Below, piece after piece: positions 1 to 13,460 of a DNA stretch of 64,000 bases. Below the pieces are notes generated by a model. The model saw only the letters and a program-made list of their open reading frames with translations. It was not told the origin of the DNA and searched no databases. A program made the position numbers and the translations under genes. How positions within the stretch are numbered: the stretch's first letter is position 1; every line of letters begins with the position of its first letter. The DNA comes from Octopus vulgaris. Lineage: Eukaryota. The DNA lies in the NCBI GenBank assembly GCA_951406725.2, contig OX597831.1, positions 83,452,001 through 83,516,000 on the forward strand. Reading direction: 5' to 3'.

Positions 1-790
1 GTATTTGTTAAATAGCGATGAAGACCTGCTGCAAAATGCCGCGAAAGATATGGGTGTAAATGCAGATGAAATGATGGGCAAGGAACAGTTTAACCAAATA
101 GCTTAGGAAAAAAGAAAAGAAGACCTTCTTGGAATGAAAATGCACGGACAGTTGGAAAAGAATACACAAGACGTTAAGGAAAGCACAGCATTGTGGGCAT
201 GGCTCGAGTGAGGTGATTTGAAGCGTACCACAGAAAGCCTAATCAATGCTGCACAAGACCAGGCTCTCGCTACCAATTCAGTGAAGTATAACATCTATAA
301 AACTTCTGACACCCAAAAATGCAGTCTCTGTAGAAAGAGTGTAGAAAATGTGATCACCTGGTAAGTGGATGTGAGAGCCTTGCACAAAAAGAATACAAGC
401 GCCAACACGATAAAGTGTGTGTGCATGTTCATTGGCTGTTATGCCGTAAATACCAATATGAAGTAACAGAGAACTGGTATGAGCATGTACAAAGTAAAGT
501 TATGCAGGAAGATGGAAAAGTAACGATACTCTTGGACTATAATTTTCAAACGGATCGTGTAATCGAGCACCGTCAGTCGGATATTGTCATACCGAATAAG
601 AGAGACAAATACTGTCAGATCGTTGATGTAGCCATACCAAATGACATGAAAGTCGTGTGTAAAGAGGTTGAAACAAATCACTAAATACTCCGAATTGAAA
701 GTGGAAATGGCAAGACAGTATGGAATGAGAGAGGTTAATGTAAAAGTGATACCAGTGGTGATCGGTGCATTGGGTTCAATCGCAAATGGC
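1..790 (+). mobile_element. Decayed 3' part of an R4/Dong-like non-LTR retrotransposon (zinc knuckle + restriction-like endonuclease)
   Basis: Frameshifted translation gives MHGQ..WL..GDLKRTTESLINAAQDQALATN..KCSLC..GCESLAQKEYKRQHDKV..WYEH..TDRVIEHRQSDIV..IVDVAIP..KYSEL..VIPVVIGALG, which matches the RLE-clade C-terminus. Confidence 0.85.
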
Positions 791-1243
791 TGAGGATATA
801 AAGTAGGATTTTTTGTCTCGTAGTCGACAGTTCACATCCCATCATTGGTGCTATGAGGAAACAAGTTAAACAATGATGGTATGAAGTTCACAACCATCAT
901 AACGACAGTGTTGCTGCGGAATATATTTGCATTGAGATTTAAATAGAAAATAATGAAGCTCTTCTGTGTCGTTGTCATCTTAGCAGAATTCAAAATCGAG
1001 CTTTTCCTTAAAGAAAACACCAAAGATATTTTTCAACGTGGATTTCTTAAAAGTGTAAGTCATTTTTAGAACCATTCTGTGTTGGATTGTCATGGAACAT
1101 CGGAAACCACAGACGGTTATCTTTAAAAAAGAAAAAAAAATAGGTAGGAGATGAAAGAATTTTAGAATTGATTCCATTTTCAGACACTTCCGTTTTGGAA
1201 CTTAACTTTGTCATGTGAAAAGAAACTAATTGGTATCTATCTA

Positions 1244-1289
<46 letters not shown>

Positions 1290-1292
<3 letters not shown>

Positions 1293-2260
1293 AAAATTCT
1301 TAAAGCAGTTTCAAGAACAGATGCATAGATGGTGCATCTTGAGCAAAACAAACGACAGCTATCCAAATAACAGCGATCTATTCTATCGTCGGAGGGAGAA
1401 TGAGATAAAATCTTATTGAAAACTTGGGTTTACTACTATTATGGAGTATAGGGGAAGATTGAAAGAAGTAAATAAGGTCTTACTAATAAATAGAAACTAA
1501 TAATCATGTCAAGGGATAGATATATGAATTTCTAACGTATGAGGAAGATATATAGAGACAGAGGAATGGGCTGTGTCGATACGAGTAGAGAGAATGATAA
1601 ATAGCATAGAGTGAAGAAAGCCACGTATATATGGCGACTGCATAATAAAGTTATCCGTTACGTAGATTAGCCAGCGGGGGTAGGGGTGTTATGTAAGATA
1701 AATAATACGTATTATCTAAAGAAGTTTGGCGTGGTGGTCAACGCGATGAGTGTGAGATTATGCTAAGTAAAAAAGACTGAGATGATATGGAGGGACAAGG
1801 TTATAAATAATTTGATTGCAACTGGGTTTAGATAGCACTGAGTGTTGTTTTCTTAATCTATTCACTAACGGCATTCACTCCATCAACAAAGTGAGGAAAT
1901 ACTTTGTGTGTGTGTGTGTGTGTACAAAAGATCTGTATCTAGTGAAACGGAGATAAAATGTGTAATTCAAGTCTTTTCAGGAGAGCACTAGTCGCGCAAT
2001 ATTGAAATAGCTCCAGTCAAGTAGTGAAACTTTATTGTGATCTCAACTTTCTTCGTTTCAGAACGGATAAAATATCGTAAAACAAGGTTTGATACTTTAA
2101 TGAGTTCCAATGTATGAAACAATAACCTACGACCACATTGAGAGCTAGTCTTTCCGGTAAACTAAAGTATAAATAATGAAATGTCTTGTTGCTTGCAATT
2201 CGCGAACTCTCATACGAGACTCTCATCTATTGTTCACACAAATGTTTCCAATGTACAACG
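1290..2260 (-). mobile_element. Probable decayed Penelope-like element 3' end with degenerate hammerhead motif
   Basis: Minus strand 1400-1297 reads CCGACGA, a 9-bp stem (AGAATAGAT/ATCTGTTCT), then GAAA; abuts (TA)n; upstream coding similarity is weak and the boundary is approximate. Confidence 0.35.
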
Positions 2261-2689
2261 TCTGTCTGTAAGATGAAGGCAAACATACAGATCACACATT
2301 ATTAACTCACTATTTATAAATTGAGGGAATCAGCTCAAAGGAGTCGACTACAAAACAAAGCATATCGCAGTCAATGAGGTCTGTATAACACATCTGCAGG
2401 TTTCATTACACACGCCACAAAGAAAAAGAACATTATATATCATATATTATTACACATGGATTATTATCATTCATTATCATATATTATTACATATCTTATT
2501 ATTTATCAAATTCTGTATTTCTATACAATCGCATCCAACCACAGAAACAACCAATGGGAACTGGGGAAGAACAAGACCAATCAACAGTTCTTTTTATTCC
2601 CAAACTAATTCAGATAGTGATTATCAATCTTGTGCCTTCCTACAAATCTGTAAATCAATCAAAAATCATTTTGCATAAAATGTTTTACA

Positions 2690-2870
2690 GTATGGCGGCG
2701 TTACGTATTTTTAAATTTAGAGTTCAAATTCTGCCCAGGCCTATTTCCTCATTTGTCCTTCTGAACGTAAAGTGGCCGAGAAAATAAACGGTGGAATCGA
2801 TTAAATCGAAGATAACTCTCTTCCAAAATGTGTCACCTCGTGCCTTCGTTGAAAGATATCATTATTATTA
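2690..2870 (+). mobile_element. Degenerate tRNA-derived SINE
   Basis: gagttcaaattctgcc B-box-like motif plus a decayed core resembling the copies at 18430 and 53600; short (ATT)n tail. Confidence 0.5.
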
Positions 2871-3501
2871 AACCTCCCCCGCCTCCTCCTCCTTCCATTT
2901 TCCTCTTCCTCCTCCTCTTCTTCCTCTTCGTTTTTATTAGAATTTACAAATGCAAACGGATTGTTATTCTAAAAGATTGCTTTTGTTTTGAGTAGATTTC
3001 AATGTATTGAAGAGAAATAGGAAGTGTGACAAGCATGCCTTTCCGAGATTCATGGATGACATCAATGAACAGAAATGGTCTGAAGTCAGTTTGCTGCTAA
3101 TTTACCATTTTTTTCTACGACCACCGACAGAATATTGTAAGATTTTGTGAAGAAAACATAAGTAATTCCAGTGATGAATACCAAATGCGTTTTGTAGCCA
3201 TAACTTAGAATCATAATGAACGCTTTAATCTTGAAATGATGTAATTAATGGTAATTTTGGTCGGAGAAGTTGATAAAAGAAAATTAAACTTAATCAAATG
3301 GAAGAAAATTACAACACAATTTTTTGCCGGCCACGAAATAATTGAGTTGTTGTCACATCATTTGCATAATCTCTTCACTCATTTCCATTCATATGCACAC
3401 TTACATTTTCCTGCCTATTTCTTGGTCTACCTCTTTCACACCCACATATATACGTATGTAATGTATGCATATACCCATACATATGCACACATATACATGT
3501 G

Positions 3502-3504
<3 letters not shown>

Positions 3505-3533
<29 letters not shown>

Positions 3534-3598
3534 TGTATGTATGTATGTATGTATGTATGTATGTATGTATGTATGTATATATATATATATATATATAT
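3505..3598. repeat. (TATG)n/(TA)n microsatellite
   Basis: Directly visible. Confidence 0.95.
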
Positions 3599-4494
3599 GA
3601 GTATGTATGTGTATATACATTTGTGTGTGTGTGAGTGTGTGTGTATGAGTCTGTATACACACACAGATACATACACATATTCAGGTTGGGATTGAAATTG
3701 AGAGGGAGAATGTTTATGCGACATATATTAAAAATAATGATTTTTAACTGATCGAGTTTAATAAATATTTACATAAAATATATACACACACACACACTCA
3801 AATATATGCCTGTATATACATGTTCAAACACATACCCATACACACACATACATGAAAATGTATCACTGGGGTCGATATGCCAGCATGAATATATACATGT
3901 ATGTGTATATATACATATATACATATGCATACATAATCACACACTCACAAGACACAGACACACACATACATATATATATATAAATATAACAATTATATAT
4001 GCGTGTGTGTGTGCATACATATAATCACATGCACATCTATACCTATAAGTCCCAGATGATTATTAGGATCGATGGAATCGACCACCCATCTCCCCCCACA
4101 CACACACACACACAAAATTATAAAATTCCAAACTGCTGGCTACCAGCAAACAGGGACTGGTAAAAATATTTAATGAAACACTATGAGTAGAAAGTCTTTG
4201 ACTCAAGGTGGAGAGGTGCGGAAACTATTACTAAAAAAGCAGTAAACGCTGTGAGATAGCAACGCCATAGATTTCTGATCTCTCGCAGACAGATATTTAC
4301 CAATCTACATAAAGAAAGATATCGATCGTATGTTGTGGTGAAGAAACATCAGGTGGGTTAATTAACTACATATTATAGATGAGTGAGGAAGGCGAAATAT
4401 TAGAGAAAAATATTTAAAAAAGGAAAGTAAAAGAAAAATCTGGTTGGAAACGTAAACGTAGTTGATTAGATTTATATGTATGTGTGCATGTATA

Positions 4495-4529
4495 TACATA
4501 CATACATACATACATACATACATACAAAC

Positions 4530-4604
<75 letters not shown>

Positions 4605-4634
4605 TATAGATAGGTAGGTAGGTAGGTAGGTAGG

Positions 4635-4673
<39 letters not shown>

Positions 4674-4678
4674 GTAGG

Positions 4679-4755
<77 letters not shown>

Positions 4756-4798
4756 GGATAGGTAGGTAGGTAGGTAGGTAGGTAGGTAGGTAGGTAGG

Positions 4799-4841
<43 letters not shown>

Positions 4842-4850
4842 GTAGGTAGG

Positions 4851-4921
<71 letters not shown>

Positions 4922-4960
4922 TAAGACAGACAGACAGACAGATAGACAGAAAGATAGATA
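4495..4960. repeat. Compound (TACA)n/(GATA)n/(GGTA)n/(GACA)n microsatellite
   Basis: Directly visible. Confidence 0.95.
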
Positions 4961-5002
4961 CACACAAACACACATACACTCATATGCATATATACATACA
5001 CA

Positions 5003-5853
5003 TAGTGGTTAGTCTTTCGAGCCCGAGTGGCGTCCATCTTATCTTCAGGAGGAAGCGTTAACTCGACTAGATTTACCATTTCCTTTCTTTCATGCTATAT
5101 GATAATATCCGGTTTCTTCGTAACTGGAATGAGAAAGAATACTTGGCACACAGGAGAATCTTCAGCCACCTCCCAATACCCGTTTGATTTTCCATCGCTC
5201 ACAGAAAGATTCTTCTTCAAACGGATCTACTGTCCTGAACTCATGAAGGTAATGAAATCTCTGGTTGATTCCTTCAGTGGTTTTTCGCCACTGTTGATGA
5301 GAGCAATTTGGTTCTTTATCGCATTGATAATCACTTTAAGGACCAGATTGTACTTCTATGTATATCGATTCAATGCCAGTGAAAGTATATATTTCAGTAC
5401 CCCGACTTTTCCGCATCTGCATTTCTCAATTTCTGATACGTTCTAACTTACTAGGATGAACGAATCAGAAAACTTAGACGTGATGTAGTCCACTTCCATA
5501 TCTCATTCCAACCTATTAACCTATTTTTCTCTCAACAACGTCTTCCTCCCATTTTGTTATCTGTCCTTGTTGAGAACATGGAATCAAATGAAGCTCCCAT
5601 CTTCCTGTTTCCCTTGCTTTGACGCTGTTGCCGACAACAAATCAGCGTTCGCTCCGCATCGTGCCTGAAATGGTCTGAAGCCAACGGCTCTAAATCCAAG
5701 CCTCTTCCGAGGAATTTGCGTTGCACTCACCATATCTCGATGTGTAAGGGAAGACAGGATGTCAGGAAATGCTTTCCATTTCCTGACCGTTTTTATTTCT
5801 GGTGGATTACGCCTGATTTCTATATCCTTCGATTCTCTTAGTATCGTCACCGT
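5003..5853 (-). mobile_element. Hero-like RLE non-LTR retrotransposon fragment
   Basis: Minus-strand peptides LRESKDIEIRRNPPEIKTVRKWKA..LTHRDMVSATQIPRKRLG, IGWNEIWKWTTSRLSFLIRS, KCRCG..LKYILS.ALNRYT and KKPDIII..LVELTLPPEDKMDATRARK..Y match the Hero-type C-terminus and RLE motif. Confidence 0.75.
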
Positions 5854-5896
5854 TCATCTCTTACCTACATTATAAATTTCGACCATTCTGCTGTTA

Positions 5897-5911
5897 TGTG
5901 TGTGTGTGTGT

Positions 5912-5942
<31 letters not shown>

Positions 5943-6135
5943 AGCGTCTTTGTGTTCGTGTTTGTCCTCCACGATCGCTTGACAACCGGTGTTGGTTTGT
6001 TCACGTCCTCGTGAATTAGCGGTTTGGCAAAAGAGACCTACATAATAAATACCAGGCTTTAAAAGAAATGAGTACTAGAGTTTATTCGTTCAGCTAAAAT
6101 CGCTCAAGGCGGTGCTCCAGTATGGCTTGTGTCCA
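5897..6135 (+). mobile_element. 3' half of a SINE with internal (TG)n and a CR1/L2-like tail
   Basis: ttgacaaccggtgttggtttgtt...ggcaaaagagacc...aaggcggtgctccagtatggc; homologous to 25370-25740 and 56085-56337. Confidence 0.7.
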
Positions 6136-6485
6136 ACCACAACCTCAACCGTTGTTCTCACTGGAATTTTAGTGGTACAACAAATATCTAAATGGATTTA
6201 ATTGGACCCACCGCAACAAATATCATTGATGACGAACATTCTTCCACTGTCTAACGAATATTTCTCCGATGACGAAATACCCAACTTGTAGGGTCTTCGC
6301 TCGATAATTTCGCTAAGTTTTAGATTGAATTCAATGACATTAAATGTCGTTGCCTTGAATGGCCTAATTGTTTGCCTTCGCTCACTACTTTAACCTGTTA
6401 ACTGAAAAGGATGCCATCATGGAATTTTAGTGGTACACATATGTGAGCAATTAGAATGCACACCTATTGGTCTGAGTCATCCCCC

Positions 6486-6543
<58 letters not shown>

Positions 6544-6934
6544 AAAGACGGAATTTATATTATATTCCTAATCCAGAAACGCGTTCGTAAATGACCGTTA
6601 GACTTTGTTTTCGTTTTTTCTTCCTTCTGTTTTGCATATGTGAATTACAAGGGATATGTCGTATGTGGAGTCTCATTTGTAGAGAATAGAAATAAACAGT
6701 CTGCTATTTGACTGCTATTTCTAATTTTTTTCGGTGTGTGGCTAAACAACCTGTTGCCTGCCTCTTTTATTTATGTACAAAATATATATTGAACTTTCAT
6801 AAAAGTTCCTACCGTTAATGGTTATATTTACATGCCGAAATCTACCAGTAAATAATTGTTGTTGTTTTTTTAAACTATTAAAGAAATTATTTACTCTTAT
6901 TATATTACTGTATGTTTATATATATATATATATC

Positions 6935-7857
6935 TTAGATAACTTAGATTGGTTTCGGCCATTATCGGCCCAGGCCATAACTAACTCAATAGCACCACCT
7001 GGAAAAGTCTTTTAGTTAATTATTTCGGGACACCATGGACCACTCAAGCAGAGATTTCTTGTTGGTTGAGACGTATCCAGGTGGAGGTGGTTTATCTGGT
7101 ATTTCCAGGAAGAATTTGGCCAGGTACCGTTTGGAAGTTGTGGGGTCTTTTTCTACTTTAATTTCTTTCAGGATAACATTGAAAAGTGTAGGACCATTTG
7201 CAGTGAAGAAATTGTGTTGCAATGTTCTTATGTGATGTGATCTCAACCTTTGTAGGGGACGCATTGCACGGGGGCCTAGTCTTGGGTGAATTGTAAACAT
7301 AATGCCAATATCATTTGGATAATATTGGTGGAATATTTTCCACATGGTACAAATGATGTTTCGCTCATGGTGCCGTTGCAGAGAATAGAGCTGCAGCTGT
7401 TTAAGTCGAGCCCAATAATCAAATCGCATCATGCCATTTATTTTCTTTTTTGTGATTGATCTTTTGGCGCTTCGACCCTCATTCTGTCTTTGATTTTGTA
7501 GGGAGACCGCAATGGGCAGCAGTATTCGAGGTGGGGCCTAGCGAATGTGGAGAAGAGAAGGATGATAGTTTCATGATTCCTAGATTGAAAAGTTCTTAGG
7601 ATCCATGAGCACATTCTGCGGGCAACCTCGATTTTTTGTTGATGTGCACACTCCAGCTAAGTTTGCAGTCGACGGTTACACCTAAGTCTCTGATATTATG
7701 CGATGGTTCAAGTGGGTGCTCGCGGGGTTACTGCACATAGGTCCGATTGAAGCATTGTTCGATCATATGCTTCCTTAATGACTTTCTGGAGCTTAGAGTC
7801 ATCTGCAAATATTTTTAGGGTGCTATATTCAATGGAATCAGCAATGTCATTGATATA
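6935..7857 (-). mobile_element. CR1/L2-like LINE 3' fragment (RT C-terminus to 3' tail)
   Basis: YINDIADSIEYSTLKIFADDSKL (RT FADD motif), PHLEYCCPL, YWARLKQLQLYSLQR..ER, GPTLFN..L..F..IPDKP. Confidence 0.85.
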
Positions 7858-7937
7858 GATATGTATAGATATGTATATATAGATATGCATATATACATAT
7901 ATATACATATATATATACATATATATATATATACAAG

Positions 7938-7980
<43 letters not shown>

Positions 7981-8899
7981 ACACGTACGCACGCACACAG
8001 ACATAAACACACGCACACAACACACACACATTCACGCATCCAGACAGAGACACACGAGTTTCTCTTCGTTTTTGTGTTCACCTCAGTCTCTCTCCACCTC
8101 TCCCTTTCTCCCTCTCTCCTCCCCCTCACACATCAATACTCTTTCCTTCATACTACGATTGTTCAATGAAACGGTCAATTAATAGATTATCGTAGTTTCG
8201 AAACCGAATGCCCGTAGAGGCCGCAGCGGCAGCGGCAGCGATACAAAGAAACGGTTTCAGAGAAAACATTGACAAGAAACTTTTGGCGACTTGTTTAAGA
8301 CTGAACTAGATTTATGATTCTGTTTATGTGCCGATATCTGCTCAGAGAAATATAAAACAAAACCGAAACAAATAAATTCGAGATTTGTTTCAAATGTGTT
8401 TGCACTCTTTCAACTCCATCTCCACATCCCGGCTGACAACCACTAGTTTCGTGTTTCAATTAACTTACCGCCAAACAGGCTTCAATATCGACTCCCTGGT
8501 AACCGAGTGACGGTGTGCGTGTGTGTGTGTGTATGTTTTGGGTGCAATGATTGAAATGTGTCTATATTTCCAGTGAAATACAGCGAAGCGATGCGCAGTC
8601 CTACTTATGGCATCAAACGAGGTATCTAGCCAGGGTGATATTCAATTGCTGTGTAAATGACGCCGATCGGAAACTGATCTCGCTGAATTTGTTATAAATA
8701 AAATCATAACAAAAACATAAAAAGCACAAGCTATGCTTATCTTGGAGTGCACCAGTCTTCTCAGATTAAAGGAAATGACGCTTGGGTATAATTATACTTA
8801 ATTTTCAACGTTGGCTATTTTCCCTGATCGCCTATTAGGAATATATCTACCATATCCATTTAAACTGGAGAATCTGAGTTCAAAACATATACATACGCA

Positions 8900-8942
<43 letters not shown>

Positions 8943-8992
8943 GAGAGAGAGAGCACTAAATGAGAATGACTCTCCCCAGACACAAAAGAATG

Positions 8993-9442
<450 letters not shown>

Positions 9443-9446
<4 letters not shown>

Positions 9447-10228
9447 TCTGTGTTCCGTGTTCGTCCCTTCCTGTATTTCACGTTCATTATATATAAAAAC
9501 ATTCATTCTTATATTATTGCGGCGTTACGTGCACCACCCCCCGTTTGTTTGTCCAATTTTAAACCCTGCACGACTTCTATACACACTGTCTTTCCTACCC
9601 GCCATTGCTTCTTCACCAAACTTTTTGGCGCCCTCCGATTCTTCCCCCCTCTTCCTCCCATCCTCCTCCCCTCTTCCTCCTTAATCCCTTCTTTCTCCTT
9701 TTCTCTTGGTCACTGATTCTGTCCCCTGCCTTCCACCCTCTTTGATTCCCTCTCTCTCTGTCTCTCTTTCTCTCTCTCTCCTGCAACCTGCTGCTTCTTA
9801 ACCATTCTGTTGGCCATCGTATCTCGACCAACATATGTCCCCGCTACCGAAACGGTAATTTTTTCTACGCCAGCTGCTATGTTGTTGTTGTTTCTGTCTC
9901 ATTTGGTCTAAAGTCGTATGACAACCACCGTTATATATATTTTTGTTTATTCATTACTGTTTTCAATTTCGTTTTCGTCTCTTGTATTTACATCCGTCTT
10001 GTGCGTTCACATTCCTGTCTTCTACCAAGAAATCTAATGCTTACAGCTTAGTTTTTTTTCTTGGGGCTGGCCGAGTTGGAGCAAATATCAGAATTGAACA
10101 GCCGAAATTTGCTATGATGATTCGGTGTCTGACTGAAGATTGAAGGCTTCGAATGATTTGTCTGTGTTCCGTGTTCGTCTCTTCCTGTATTTCACGTTCA
10201 TTATATATAAAAACATTCATTCTTATAT
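9443..10228 (+). mobile_element. Element bounded by 72-bp direct repeats (possible Penelope-like partial tandem)
   Basis: 9443-9514 and 10157-10228 are identical except for one base; both ends abut (TA)n. Confidence 0.5.
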
Positions 10229-10341
10229 ATATATATATATATGTATATAAAATATTATTAGAGACAAAACCACTATTTTGCAAAACAAACAAGGAAAGAC
10301 TTAATCAATACATAAAATTTTAATAAATAGTCAAAAAACCG

Positions 10342-10384
10342 CCACTACAATTGTTTCTTGTCTTGATCGACAATCTTCAGGTGG
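10342..10384 (-). ncRNA. Minimal type I hammerhead ribozyme (mirror copy)
   Basis: Exact reverse complement of 10432-10474. Confidence 0.8.
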
Positions 10385-10431
10385 ACTTCCAATAAGTCAG
10401 TTTCAAATTATGAAACTGACTTATTGGAAGT

Positions 10432-10474
10432 CCACCTGAAGATTGTCGATCAAGACAAGAAACAATTGTAGTGG
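10432..10474 (+). ncRNA. Minimal type I hammerhead ribozyme
   Basis: CCAC-CTGAAGA-TTGTC-gatcaa-GACAA-GAAA-CAATTG-TA-GTGG: stem I, CUGANGA core, stem II, GAAA, palindromic stem III, GUA cleavage triplet. Confidence 0.8.
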
Positions 10475-10645
10475 CGGTTTTTTGACTATTTATTAAAATT
10501 TTATGTATTGATTAAGTCTTTCCTTGTTTGTTTTGCAAAATAGTGGTTTTGTCTCTAATAATATTATATAATATTTTACTATAAAATTGGATTTAATCCT
10601 AAATCTGATTTTTTCCCTGTAAATTTGGATTTATTCCCTAATATT

Positions 10646-10696
<51 letters not shown>

Positions 10697-10776
10697 TGCA
10701 TACATATACATACAGGCATATAAATATATACGCGCATGCAGAAACTTATGCAGATTCCTTCCAATTGCTCTTTCAC

Positions 10777-10840
<64 letters not shown>

Positions 10841-11308
10841 CAAAGCGCTATCAGTTTCCTCTCAGTATTTCAAATAACGTCACGATTTATCTGTTCTTCT
10901 CCTTGATAAGAATCCTCTTTTTCAGCGAGAAAATAGTTCTATTGAAAACTTTTCAAGTATTTGCAACCGCGTTACTGGAGCAGTTAATAGATGTAAACAT
11001 GTTGTGGTCGAGCGGACAGTCCATGAAAGGCAATGGCAGCTGACTGAGTAAAAATTCGAAATACTATTTGAAAGATCACCGATTTTCATCTTGAAATTGC
11101 TGCTACATTTACCAACAATAAGAATAAATGCCATGAGGTGGCACAACTTACTGTTGTCCACAGAAGGAGCACAACTGGTGCAGTGAGACATCAACACATC
11201 ATCATAGATTTAAGAGACATTGTTTATAATTTTATCTATTTAGGTTTCTTTCACTCAATTTTATTTGGATCAAAAACATTCCAACCACAGCCATCCCGGA
11301 ATTTGTGT

Positions 11309-11374
<66 letters not shown>

Positions 11375-12249
11375 ATGTGTATGGATAGATAGATAGATAG
11401 ATATATAGATAGATAGATAGATAGATAGATATTGCGTTCCATTAGCCAGCTTGTTAAGACGGTAAAGCTTGGTTTAAGGGAGTTTGGCTGCCGTATTTAC
11501 AAAGAGACTCCTCGGGAAAGTCCAGTGTGGCCGACACTCAAACATTTACATGGTATCTTTTAGCAGCCATTTTAACATCTATTTCTTTTCTCTTCTACTC
11601 TCCTCCACTTTCTTCTCTTTTCAGTTTTTTCTTTTACTTTTCAGGTTCTTCTTCCTCCCCTTGTCCTCCTCCCCACCCCTTCTTCTTCTTCTTCTTCTTC
11701 TTCTTCTTCTTCTTCTTCTTCTTCTTCTTCTTCTAATCCCTCTAATTTTTCCAGGGTTTCTTTATTCCCCCATTATTTTTGTAACTCTTTCTTTCCTCTT
11801 TCTTTTTTATTTCCCTTGTATTTACCTCCAGTTCTTTTAGTTCTTAATTATTTTCACAAATAATTCTCACTTTTATCTCCCAATGCCACTCTCACAACTT
11901 ATCACCGATATATTTTATGTCTTCTTTCCTTTACTATGTTTATTTATTTCATAATTTCAACTGAAAGACTTCTTCTTTTTTTTCTTTTCTTTTTTTTTTT
12001 CTTCAAACTAAGGTGAAATAGTTACTAAGCAACGAATAGTCTTCTCCAAAATTATGTGGGTAACATTTTCTACGTTCTTTGCTTTCTGAAATCAAAGCAT
12101 TCACATTAAAATACGAAATACAAAATTTATCGTTTTTATTTGTATATTCAACAGGAATTTGTTGTCTCCTCGAATACAATTTGTTTTGAGCTGTTCCTTT
12201 CTGCAAAATAGTCAGATCAGAAATGGCTTTCTTCTTCTTCTTCTTCTTC

Positions 12250-12291
<42 letters not shown>

Positions 12292-12799
12292 TCCCCTCCT
12301 CCTACTACCAACCACATTATATCATTTGAAGTATTGCAGAGTATTGAACGCTGGAGCTCTTATCAATAGGATACAACGATGCCACTATTCACAGAAATTA
12401 TGGGATTTGGGCATCAAATAAAACACTCAATAATTTTGGTGTTCTTTCTCTCTTGATATTTGCTTCCACATGGAATTCATTTGCTCTTAGCTGGATGAGT
12501 CATTGATAGCCACACCAAAATGTAACACCTTCACACCAAGTGTCACTCTCCCGATTATCTCCCTTAAACTTCGCTCATCTTTAATATTTAAAGTTAAACT
12601 TCTATACTAGGAAGACGAAGAAGAATGAGAAATACTGTTGGATATATTTAAGTTGCTTCACAACGTTACCACAAAATATCTATCGATATATCTATTGATT
12701 AACAGAAGAAACTAAATAAACGTTAAATGGTTTCATAGATACAACTAACTACAAGATTAAATTCATTAAACAGTAATTTTAATATGTGAAGGGAGGAAT

Positions 12800-13030
12800 T
12801 ATATGAACTATAACATGTAAGAGGGTGCATGATAAATATATCATGAAAGAGGATGTATATATAAAATATACAATGCGATAGGGTATATATTAACTATATA
12901 ATGTAAGAGGATGTATAATAAACATATAATGCAAGAGGGTATACATGAACTATATAATGCAAGAAGATGTATATTAACCATATAATTTAAGAGCATGTAT
13001 TTGAAATATAGAATTTAAGGGGATGTTTTA
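12800..13030. repeat. Degenerate minisatellite, unit about 28-29 bp
   Basis: About 8 copies of ATATAATGYAAGAGGRTRTATATWAAC-like units. Confidence 0.7.
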
Positions 13031-13460
13031 ATAGTCGTGATTAGAGACACAAGCATAGCTCTCTAGTGGAGCAGGGCTAATGAACTTCCTGTAGTTGTCT
13101 ATATTGAATCACAGCTTATCAATTTGCTGCAGACTCTCCTCTCATGAACAACATGTGACCCACTTGTCTTTCTCTCTTACAACTAATCAACTTCATGTTA
13201 TACCAATTTCTCAGTAATTCTTAATATATCGCCTAAACTCCCACAAACTCCACTTTCTAACTTATGTTAACTAACTTCCTTTAGATAGGCATAACTCAGA
13301 AGAAAGGCCCTTCTAAGACTGTTGTTTTGTTTTATTTAGCGTATTGAGTACTTAAAGTAAGAGAACTGATTATCAATAAAAGTAACTCTTGTATTTTTAA
13401 TATTTTTTTTAGCAATGTCCCATTATGTTTGTCTGTCTTCCTTAAACATATAGGCCTTGT

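Larger units (their letters stand above)
10251..10565. mobile_element. Perfect palindrome with 155-bp arms carrying two hammerhead motifs (Penelope-like inverted pseudo-LTR)
   Basis: 10251-10405 is the reverse complement of 10411-10565; 5-nt loop AATTA; about 80-nt unique tail on the right; (TA)n on both sides. Confidence 0.85.

Noticed and set aside
10133-10165. CTGAAGA..GAA hammerhead-like string
   Set aside because: Lacks GAAA and a proper stem III
12800-13030. CRISPR-like array
   Set aside because: Degenerate tandem units without unique spacers, in a eukaryotic context
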